Under the pieces are notes generated by a model. The model saw only the letters and a list, made by a program, of their open reading frames with translations, did no database searches and was not told the DNA's origin. Below, piece by piece: positions 11,972 through 20,759 of a stretch of DNA of 32,692 nt; position 1 is the first letter of the stretch; each line of letters begins with the position of its first letter. The DNA comes from Eledone cirrhosa (Eukaryota). A program made the position numbers and the translations under genes. The DNA is taken from contig CAXHJY010001215.1 of NCBI GenBank assembly GCA_964016885.1, positions 1-32,692 on the forward strand, read 5' to 3'.

Positions 11972-11977
11972 CTTTAA

Positions 11978-12031
<54 letters not shown>

Positions 12032-12338
12032 GGCACAGACTTGCGAGTGTGTGTGTATACATACACCAACATATACTCAATCTGAGACCAGGTTTACAAT
12101 GAAAAGAAAGTCTCCATAGAAAGCAAGCAAGAAGCAAAAATTTCACCAGTCAATGTTTATATATATATATATGTGGGTATATATATATATATATGTGTAT
12201 ATGTATGTATATATATATATATGTGTGTATAAACCTTTTATACCAGGTGTTTTCAGTGACTACCCACGTACATTAGCAAACTAGGCCAGCTGTATATAAT
12301 ATTTATATATATATACACATATATTTACCCACACGCAC

Positions 12339-12371
<33 letters not shown>

Positions 12372-12452
12372 CTATACAGTTATATATAGATCACTGAATA
12401 TCGATCCGAGTGATAGTTGTGACACCACAGCTGCTAATCAAGTTGTGTACAG

Positions 12453-12495
<43 letters not shown>

Positions 12496-12714
12496 TTGGT
12501 GAAATCCGTTGGAGGGAAAATACGGGTAACAGATTGTATGAGGGGGGGGGGGGACCAACCGTTGAATAGTTTACATCCTATCGCAGGTTAGATATTTCTG
12601 AATATAGGTCTTTAAACTGTGTGTGTGTGTCTGTGTGTCTGTGTGTGTGTGCGTGTGTGTCACTAAATGGAGTGACATGCATCTTGGGCATTTTAAAATG
12701 GAGTTCTATTCACA

Positions 12715-12762
<48 letters not shown>

Positions 12763-12817
12763 GTAAAATAAAACAAGGACGAGTGGTGACTCCCCTTCAT
12801 TATGTTTATTGGTTGGT

Positions 12818-13011
12818 TTATAAGGGCGGTGAATTGGCAGTATCGGTAGAGGGTTGGACGCCATGCTTTGACGCATAGAGTTACGGCCCTTGCCATTCTG
12901 AGTTCAAATCCCGCCGAGGTTAACTTTGCCTTTCATCCTTACGGGGTCGATAAAATAAAGTACCAGTAATGTACTGGGATAATTGCTGGCCTTGTGCCAA
13001 AAGTAGAAACA
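12818..13011 (+). mobile_element. tRNA-derived SINE (octopus-type), with 19-bp TSD
   Basis: A-box-like TGGCAGTATCGG, B-box GAGTTCAAATCC (12900-12911), body TTTGCCTTTCATCCTTACGGGGTCGATAAAATAAAGTACCAG; TSD ATTATGTTTATTGGTTGGT at 12799-12817 and 13012-13030. Confidence 0.9.
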
Positions 13012-13027
13012 ATTATGTTTATTGGTT

Positions 13028-13110
13028 GGTGACGCACGTTTAGCCACTGATCAGCTCAATGTTCGATCTGTATCGATCTAGCCCGACTCTAATCCACGGC
13101 TCGTCAGACC
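13028..13110 (-). ncRNA. Type I minimal hammerhead ribozyme with a G12U core mutation
   Basis: Minus strand reads GGT-CTGACGA-GCC...GGC-TAAA-C-GTGC-GTC-ACC, then AATAAA. Stems I, II and III close; GAAA reads TAAA, while the inverted arm retains GAAACGCGCGTCACC. Confidence 0.65.
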
Positions 13111-13486
13111 CCTTGAGCTGATCAGTGTCGAAACGCGCGTCACCAACCAATAAACATAATGAAGGAGTAACCACTCGTCCTTGTTTTACCATAATACACT
13201 GTCTAGCTCTACACCTCGACACTGAAGTGAACCTAAACATCGAGTGCTCACTCGGGTGAACCTACAGTAACTCCAAGTTAAACTCCCTAGATATACATGT
13301 TATAGTTTAATTGTTATAAGTTTGTTTTATCTCGTCTCTTACTCCACTTGACAGCGCTTTGGCTTGTGTCCGGCACTGTGACCCCGGCTGGTCCAACAGT
13401 AGCATTGGTAGGGGTCGAAACACCCAAAATTCATCTCAACGGCTGATGACCCAGAAGTTCTGTCATTCGTTTGGATTATATTTCTA

Positions 13487-13668
13487 TGAATTGGTAGTAT
13501 CGGTAGAGCGTCAGACACCATGCTTTACAGCATAGAGTTACAGCCCTTTACGGTCTGTGTTCAAATCCCGCCGAGGTTAACTTTGCCTTTCATCCTTACG
13601 GGGTCGATAAAATAAAGTACCAGTAATGCACTGGAGTAATTGCTGGCCTTGTGTGAAAAATAGAAACA
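13487..13668 (+). mobile_element. tRNA-derived SINE, second copy, with 12-bp TSD
   Basis: Highly similar to 12830-13011; TSD ATTATATTTCTA at 13475-13486 and 13669-13680. Confidence 0.9.
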
Positions 13669-13932
13669 ATTATATTTCTAAAAAAAAATAATTTTTTAAG
13701 GTTTTCCCCCTTAAAAAAAAAAAAAAAAATTTTTCGTTTTTCCTTGTCTTCTGTTAATTTTCTTAAGTTTATATTGGGTTTTCTGAGAGGGAGAAATAGT
13801 TGCTATCCTAATTTAAACATCTTTCTGCGGTATTCCTCACATAATAGACATTTTAACACAATGAACCACCTCCTCCATTACTCTAAACTTCAAATACAAA
13901 TTGAAAACAAGAGACTGATAAATTTGAAAGAT

Positions 13933-14826
13933 GGTATGTGTGTATATGAGTCTTTGTATGAGTTAAATGTGTGTGAGTGTGCATGTATACATGTACATGT
14001 GTGTATGTATATATACATGTGTATATGTATGTGTGTGTATCAATGTATGTGTGTGTGTATGTATGTGTATATATATGCATATGTGTATGCGTGTATCAAT
14101 GTATGTGTGTATGTATATATGTGCATCTGTGTATGTATGTGTATATGTATATGTGAATGTATATGTACATCTGTGTATATATATATGCATATGTGTATGT
14201 ATGTGTGTATGTATGTGTATGTGTATATGTATATGTATGTGAATGTATATATGTACATCTGTGTATATATATATGCATATGTGTATGTATGTGTATATGT
14301 GTGTATATGTGTATCAATGTATGTGTGAATGTATATATGTACATCTGTGTATATATATGTATGTGTGTATGAGTATGGTTTACAAGATTAATTTTCAAGG
14401 ATTTCCCCCCAGGAACTACCCTTCAGTGAACCGGGAAGCGATGTTGATTTTAAAACAATTAAAACGGGGGAAGACGGGCAGAGAGGGTTGCCTGGGGTTA
14501 TATTAAATGTTGTGTGTGTGTGTGTGTGTGTATGTGTGTGTGTGTGTGAGAGAGAATGTATGTATGTATGTAATTATCTATGTGTGAGTGTATACGTGTA
14601 TACAGTTGTGTGTGTATACGTACGTATGTATGTGCAAGTGTATTTGTGCGAATGCATGTGTGTATACGTGTGTGTGTGTGTACGTATGTATGTGTATACA
14701 TGTGTATGTGTTCGTATGTATGTGTGTGAATGTATTTGCGTGTGTGTGTGTGTGCGTGTGTTGCGCGTATATACGTATGTATGTGCAAGTGTATTTCTGT
14801 GAATGCGCGTGTGTGTATGTGTGTGT
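13933..14826. repeat. Degenerate (GT/AT)n compound repeats with an internal higher-order unit of about 86 bp
   Basis: GTGAATGTATAT(AT)GTACATCTGTGTATATAT recurs near 14153, 14239 and 14325; a unique island lies at 14380-14505. Confidence 0.85.
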
Positions 14827-14980
14827 ATAATTTAATTGAATTCAAACTTTCCTTCCAGACCGTCCCACGTTAGTATTATTATTGTCCCAGCTGGGGTTTT
14901 ATTACTATAATTAAGAGGCCCTTGACTTCGGTAATTGTACAAGGTGTGAAGGTGCGCGTGCGTGTGTGTGTGTGTGTGTG

Positions 14981-15032
<52 letters not shown>

Positions 15033-15035
<3 letters not shown>

Positions 15036-15250
15036 CCTAGTGGTTAGGCTGTTGAACAAAAGATCATTATGTCGTAGGTTCGATTCCTGAACCGGGGGTT
15101 GTATATTTGTGTTCTTAAGCGAATCACGGGCCGAAAACAAGTAGCAGTAGTAGCTGGAAGTTAAACCTGCGATGGGCTGGCGTCTTATCCAGGGGGGCAG
15201 TGTTGTACTATCCTGTAACGCCAGGGAAACTAGGATCAGCACCGGCCGGA
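15033..15250 (+). mobile_element. tRNA-derived SINE of a second family (CORE/V-domain-like)
   Basis: GGCCTAGTGGTTAG A-box, GGTTCGATTCC B-box, TGTGTTCTTAAGC, and CCTGCGATGGGCTGGCGTCTTATCCAGGGG, which resembles the V-SINE conserved block. Confidence 0.7.
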
Positions 15251-15319
15251 GGCAAGGCAGTCTTTTTAGATTTTAGATGTGTATATATCATATATCTATA
15301 TATATCTATATAATATATC

Positions 15320-15358
<39 letters not shown>

Positions 15359-15424
15359 TGCGTGTATGTATATACACACACATATTTATATATACATATA
15401 TGCGTGTATATATATATATATGCT

Positions 15425-15465
<41 letters not shown>

Positions 15466-15666
15466 AGAACGTTGACAGGGTCATATGTAACATAAGCCAT
15501 ACGATGTGTTTATAAAAGTTACATGAAGCATAAGTTGTGAATCACGGAACTGGCAGACGATTTATTAGTAATGTAAACACTTTATTCCGAACACACTCTC
15601 TCCCTCTCTTACAATATCTATATATCTATATATATCTATATATCTATATATCTATATATCTATATA

Positions 15667-15701
<35 letters not shown>

Positions 15702-15777
15702 CAGCGGTGTATATGAAGGCCGATCTGATTTGTTTATGTATAATAAACAAGGTATAAAACTTTCATATACACCTCTG
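15702..15777. mobile_element. 76-bp fold-back mini-element
   Basis: CAGCGGTGTATATGAAGG / CTTTCATATACACCTCTG (16/18 inverted match) with inner TTGTTTAT / ATAAACAA. Confidence 0.5.
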
Positions 15778-15863
15778 ATATGAACCATACATGCTATGTC
15801 TGAGTTACTGTTATATGTATGTGTATGTGTATATATATATAGAGAGAGAGAAAGAGAGAGAGA

Positions 15864-15918
15864 GAGCGCTTCCTGATGATTTCTCACGAATGAAACAGTT
15901 CTAGGCCTGTAGAAACTC
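15864..15918 (+). ncRNA. Type I hammerhead ribozyme candidate
   Basis: CTGATGA 15873-15879; stem II TTC/GAA with a U.U closing pair; GAAA 15892-15895; stem III ACAG/CTGT; GUA site 15909-15911; stem I TTC/GAA plus GAG/CTC. Confidence 0.65.
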
Positions 15919-16077
15919 TTCTATATTAAAACTTTATATATATTTATATATATTTAAATATATATATGAGAGAGAGAGATCTATAGAGGGAGAGAGAGAA
16001 AGAGGTGTATATATATATATATATATATGTGTGTGTGAGTATATATATATATAAATATGTATACTCAACGCCTTAGT

Positions 16078-16292
16078 CACACAGCCATACCTGCACCTAT
16101 ACTACTACCTACACTACCACCCAGCCATACTTGCACCTATACTCCCACCCCAACCACCCAGCCATACCTGCACCTATACTACAAGCTACACTACCACCCC
16201 AACCACACAGCCATACTACCAGCTACACTACCACCCCAACCACCCAGCCATACCTGCACCTATACTACCACTCCAACCACACAGCTATACCT
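16078..16292. repeat. Degenerate C/A-rich minisatellite (CAGCCATACCTGCACCTATACT...CCAACCAC)
   Basis: About 6 copies of CAGCYATAC at 36-51 bp spacing. Confidence 0.85.
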
Positions 16293-16753
16293 CATCTCCT
16301 ATGTTGGACATTGTGTAAAGAACAAAAATATTTAACCTAACAGAAAAGTCAGCGTTGCCATGGCCAGGCCTTGATGACATTTCATGCTTATTATTCAAAC
16401 ATACCAGTCAAATATTACATCACACGTGTGAGATGTGTATGGTGTATATCTTTGCATATACATGTGTGTGTCCCACCCCTCACTCAAGCGTGAAACTAAC
16501 AACCTACCATTTGTACTACCTCTGTTTTTTGTTCTCTACATTTATTCAACTATATATACGTATATATATATATGTGTATATATATACACACACACAATTA
16601 CAAGAAACGAAGTGAACTGTGTGGTTACTGTAAACAAAGTTTAGGATGGTAATACAGACGAAACAAGAGAAGAAACCCTTCATCAGCTGTAAATCGTAGA
16701 TCATAGATGTTTCGGCGCTCAATACAGTATATACAATACATACATATATATAC

Positions 16754-16802
<49 letters not shown>

Positions 16803-16869
16803 AATGTGTTTGTGTGTGTATTTGCAATGGGATGCCCTGAGATGAGATTCTGGTTTTTCTTGATTAACA

Positions 16870-16954
16870 AGCCTGATGATCAGATTGAGGCTGGAGTCAG
16901 GTCTGTAATATTAATATAGACCCTGAGCCATCCATCTGTGAAACGTTCGTAACT
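16870..16954 (+). ncRNA. Type I hammerhead ribozyme candidate with long stem II
   Basis: CTGATGA 16873-16879; stem II CAGAT/ATCTG extended by GGC..TCAGG.TCT / AGA.CCTGA.GCC; GAAA 16940-16943; AC-GTTC-GT; GUA 16949-16951; stem I has one mismatch (AGC/ACT). Confidence 0.6.
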
Positions 16955-16984
16955 CAGCCTATGTGAAATCTCGTTTTGTTCTTT

Positions 16985-17034
<50 letters not shown>

Positions 17035-17148
17035 TACATTATATGTATTTATATTTATTATATATATAAAATAAATATAAATATATATATATATATATAA
17101 TGTATGTGTGTATATAAATATATATTTATATATATATTCCTACACATA

Positions 17149-17250
17149 CATTGTGTCTTCAAAAAATGTATACACACCGATTACCTGTACAGGCAATATT
17201 TATTAGAATGCTGTCGAAGTATGTATACATTTTTGGGGGGGACACATATG
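17149..17250. mobile_element. Tc1/mariner-like MITE, copy 1
   Basis: TGTGTCTTCAAAAAATGTATACAC / ATGTATACATTTTTGGGGGGGACACA inverted ends, preceded by TA; the interior GATTACCTGT..AGG..TTATTAGAATG is shared with 32571-32690. Confidence 0.7.
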
Positions 17251-17514
17251 CATAAATACCCCCCCCCCCCCACGGGAGAAATATAAACACTGCTCCCAAT
17301 TATACAAGTCTATCATTGACTGTTGACATTGTTAGCTTTAATTAATTAAACTTTTAATTAACCGACTACAAATGAAATTAAATGTTTTTGTTGCTTGTTT
17401 AGTCCTCTGTGTGCGTGTGTGTGTATATACAGATATATATATACACACAAACACATGTGTATATATACACACACTTTTATGTTAAACGAAAATTTTATTG
17501 GTATTTGAGGAGAG

Positions 17515-17682
17515 AGAACAATAACTGGAGTGAGGGGGGGGGTTACACACAGACACACAACAGGAGTGGGGGGTTACACACACACACACACACAATACCA
17601 GGAGTGAGGGGTTATATACACACACTACCAGGAGTGAGTGTGTGTGTGTGTGGGGGGTTATACACAAACACACACACACACA
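17515..17682. repeat. Short degenerate tandem repeat (GGAGTGAGGGG..TTACACACAC), about 4 copies
   Basis: GGAGTG recurs near 17527, 17563, 17601 and 17631. Confidence 0.7.
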
Positions 17683-17690
17683 CGTGTATT

Positions 17691-17820
17691 ACTGGTACTT
17701 TATTTTATCGACCGTCGTAAAGATGAAAGGCAAAGCTAACCTCGGCTGGATTTGAACTCAGAACGTAAAGTGACGAAACTATGCCACAAAGTATGTCCGA
17801 CGCTCTACCGACTACTGCCT
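17691..17820 (-). mobile_element. tRNA-derived SINE copy (first family), 3' part missing
   Basis: ACTGGTACTTTATTTTATCGACC...GATGAAAGGCAAAGCTAACCTCGGCTGGATTTGAACTCAGAAC is the reverse complement of the 12.9 kb body. Confidence 0.85.
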
Positions 17821-17955
17821 ATCTACTGTCCTTTCCCCTCTTAACGTCTATTGCAATTTATTGCAACTTTCCCTTCATATACAAATGGAAAGAAAATAGC
17901 ATTTATCAAAACTGAAAATGAAAGAAAAAAAAAAAAAAAAGGGAATTTATCAAAA

Positions 17956-18033
17956 ATCGATTAAATTGATTGAATCGACTTGCTGCTCCCCTCCCCCCAA
18001 ATTATTGGCCTTGAGCCTAAATCAGAAAATATT
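17956..18033 (+). mobile_element. 3' fragment of first-family SINE
   Basis: AATCGACTT...CCCCTCCCCCCAAATTATTGGCCTTGAGCCTAAATCAGAAAATATT matches the AATTGCTGGCCTTGTGCCAAAAGTAGAAAC tail of the 12.8 kb copy. Confidence 0.55.
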
Positions 18034-18168
18034 TAATATTTAAAATAAAAACAAAATTCTTAGTTTAACATTGATACAAGAGGTTTAGGGAAATTATTCT
18101 GACGTCGGCTTTAGTTTGTGGAGGGCGTGTGTGAAATGTTGGATTTACGGTTACATCTAGCTCCTATT

Positions 18169-18284
18169 AGCGTGTGGCTGAGTGGTTAGAGAACTGGATT
18201 CGCAATCGTGAGGCTATCAGTTCGAGTCCTGGACCGGGCGATGCGTTATGTCCTTGAGCAAGACACTTTATTTCACGTTGCTCC
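18169..18284 (+). mobile_element. tRNA-derived SINE, second family, 5' part
   Basis: A-box TGGCTGAGTGG, B-box AGTTCGAGTCC, CORE-like TGTCCTTGAGCAAGACACTT; similar to 15033-15120. Confidence 0.75.
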
Positions 18285-18546
18285 TTCTACCTGGAGTTGC
18301 GACTGATAGATAGTATTAGTAACTAGGAAGACTAATGGAAATATTTTTTCTTCGGTCCGATTTGACGAAAGTCGATCGACAATTTTATTTAGTTCCTATT
18401 TAAGGTGTGTCGAGTAGGGTCTGTCGTCTGATTAGTAATAACTACTTTCAAACATGCCCCACGGTGAAACCAAGGCCAACACTTTCACATATGTGGATCT
18501 TCAGCATTCGAAGAATTAAAGTTAAGTAAATGGAAAAAACCTGAAA

Positions 18547-18958
18547 GTGTAATGGGACAGCAAACATATATCTCGGTGTTTATTACATACTATCAAGGTA
18601 ATTTACCTGGTCAGGCATAATAGGACAACATACACCTATATCTCGGTGTTTATTACATACTATCAAGGTAATTTACCTGGTCAGGTATAATAGGACAATA
18701 CTCACCTATCTCTGTGTTTATTACATACTATCAAGGTAATTTACCTGGTCAGGTGTAATAGGACAATATACACCTATATCTCGGTGTTTATTACATACTA
18801 TCAAGGTAATTTACCTGGTCAGGTGTAATAGGACAATATACACCTATATCTCAATAAATATTATATACTATCAAGCTAATTTACCTGGTCAGGTACAATG
18901 GGACAATATACACCTGTATCTCAGTGTGTGTATTACATACTACCAAGCTAATTTACCA
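18547..18958. repeat. 70-bp minisatellite, about 6 copies
   Basis: Unit ATATCTCGGTGTTTATTACATACTATCAAGGTAATTTACCTGGTCAGGTGTAATAGGACAATATACACCT, diverging at both ends. Confidence 0.95.
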
Positions 18959-19002
18959 ATTAAAATTTCACACTTCCATGAATGTTAGCCCTCCCCCTTA
19001 CA

Positions 19003-19071
19003 TGCATGTGCGTGCGCGCGTGCGTGCGTGCGTGCGTGCGTGCGCGCGGGCGTGCGTGTGTGCGCGCGCGT
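19003..19071. repeat. (GCGT/GC)n alternating purine-pyrimidine tract
   Basis: Direct reading. Confidence 0.9.
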
Positions 19072-19087
19072 ATTTAATGGCTTAGAA

Positions 19088-19205
19088 GTGAGTCTTGTTA
19101 CTCTGGAGTTTCACCTGTGTAATCGCAATCACAAAAGACGACTACATTTTGTTTTATCTGATGATTACAAATGTAGAGGTGAAACTCCAGAGTAACAAGA
19201 CTCAC
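19088..19205. repeat. Perfect 29-bp inverted repeat enclosing an HHR-like core
   Basis: GTGAGTCTTGTTACTCTGGAGTTTCACCT (19088-19116) / AGGTGAAACTCCAGAGTAACAAGACTCAC (19177-19205). Confidence 0.9.
19151..19201 (+). ncRNA. Hammerhead ribozyme-like motif with irregular stem II
   Basis: CTGATGA 19158-19164, GAAA 19181-19184, stem III ACTC/GAGT, GUA 19192-19194, stem I GTTTTAT/ACAAGAC (one mismatch). Stem II TTAC/GTAG leaves 4 extra nt before GAAA. Confidence 0.45.
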
Positions 19206-19408
19206 CACTTAGAGGAGTATTGAAACTCTACTTCGGTATTGAGTACCTCCTCGCTTCAGACCATAACAATACACCGATATAATATATATTTAAATATATA
19301 TATATATATAAATAAACCAAAACATATATATATATATATATATATCCAAGGAAATTTCAACTGATAAGGTATGTTTTCCTTGGCTATGTCAACATTTATA
19401 AAACACAC

Positions 19409-19466
19409 TTTTATCTGATGAAAGCGTACCAAAGTTTTTGGTACCCTTGAAATATATATAATAGAA
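19409..19466 (+). ncRNA. Type I minimal hammerhead ribozyme (best candidate)
   Basis: Stem I TTTTAT/ATAGAA; CTGATGA 19415-19421; 12-bp stem II AAGCGTACCAAA/TTTGGTACCCTT with one mismatch; GAAA 19449-19452; palindromic stem-loop III ATATATAT; AUA site ending 19460; AATAAA 19465-19470; distal pairing ATTTATAAAAC/GTTTTATAAAT. Confidence 0.8.
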
Positions 19467-19537
19467 TAAATATGGTTTTATAAATATAGTTTCCATTTAT
19501 TTAATATCATTGTATATATATATATATATACACACGT

Positions 19538-19615
19538 TTTGGTCTGATGAGCAGAGTGGGACTGGATCTAAATATGGACCCTGCGCCTTCCATCTGTGAA
19601 ACATTCGTAATTGAA
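19538..19615 (+). ncRNA. Type I hammerhead ribozyme candidate, sister of the 16.87 kb copy
   Basis: CTGATGA 19544-19550; stem II GCAGA/TCTGT; GAAA 19598-19601; AC-ATTC-GT; GUA 19607-19609; wobble-rich stem I TTTGGT/ATTGAA; AATAAA 19619-19624. Confidence 0.65.
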
Positions 19616-19816
19616 CCTAATAAATAAAAATCTCGTTATATTCTTAGTGTGTGAGCGCGTGTATATCTATATTTAAACACAGTAGCCCATGTCCCATAAC
19701 TAAATGTTCTTACTCTCCTCATTCTCCTTTAAGTTAAAACAATTAACTGCTGAGTATAAACAAATATACACAGGAGCACGCGGCCAGAATTATATACACA
19801 CACGAACACACTCGTG

Positions 19817-20034
<218 letters not shown>

Positions 20035-20180
20035 GGACACTTTTGTTTCATCATTGAGGCTAACTTTCACAACTATTATCTATTACATAGTTTCCGCATT
20101 TGGGACTCTCACATATTCAAATTTCAAACTCTCCCTGCACGGAAATAATTCACACACACACAAAGTGCATTATATACTTG

Positions 20181-20262
20181 ATGACCCCGACGGCAGAGCT
20201 CAAGCCGTTTCGACGGGTATTTCTGGACGTCGAAACGGCTCGAGCTGTGCCGTCGGGGTCAT
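20181..20262. repeat. GC-rich 35-bp inverted repeat (33/35) with 12-nt loop; each arm is an HHR 3' half
   Basis: ATGACCCCGACGGCAGAGCTCAAGCCGTTTCGACG / CGTCGAAACGGCTCGAGCTGTGCCGTCGGGGTCAT; contains C-GAAA-CGGC...GCCG-TC. Confidence 0.85.
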
Positions 20263-20337
20263 ACTTTTTCCTATATATATATATATATATATAAGTGTAT
20301 TATATATTGTGTGTGTGTGTAATATGAAGTTTATTTT

Positions 20338-20376
<39 letters not shown>

Positions 20377-20759
20377 CATATATAATAGATGAGGCAGGTA
20401 CTCTTAATATCTGGGGGAAAGATTTAAGGGATTCCAACGAGAGAGAGGGAAAGGGATTATCTCCAAGCTGGAACATTATTTACCATTATTCAGATTTTAC
20501 CAGATATTCCTTGCAGTTGATTTGAACGATGTTAGTTAATGATATGGACGGGATATGGAATGGTGTAGCAAAACTTCGGTTTTTCATAACACACACACAC
20601 ACACACATATATAATATATATATATACACACACACATTTACATATATATATATACACCCATGTATTCATATATATACACACACACATTTACATATATACG
20701 CCCATGTATTCATATATATATATATATGCATGTATATATATAAGCATGCAAGTAAGGGC

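Larger units (their letters stand above)
12769..13188. mobile_element. Fold-back element (Penelope pLTR-like) carrying an HHR, with a SINE inserted in its left arm
   Basis: Left arm 12769-12817 plus 13012-13059 is the reverse complement of right arm 13113-13188 (about 76 bp, few mismatches). Confidence 0.75.

Noticed and set aside
13376-13470. CTGTGA-CCCC...GGGGTC-GAAAC and CTGATGA at 13443
   Set aside because: The first lacks a core base and a stem III/UH; the second has no GAAA. At best these are relics.
16625-16720. Minus-strand CCGAAAC followed by CTGATGAAGGG
   Set aside because: Penelope-like flavour, but the stems do not close in type I, II or III topology.
18169-18240. Functional tRNA gene
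   Set aside because: A/B boxes are present but the cloverleaf stems do not pair and it continues into SINE body sequence; the same applies to the 7.1, 7.3, 12.8 and 15.0 kb heads.
18425-18510. CTGATTA...GAAAC (+) and CTGAAGA...GAAAG (-)
   Set aside because: Core or cleavage-site mismatches and no consistent stems I and III.
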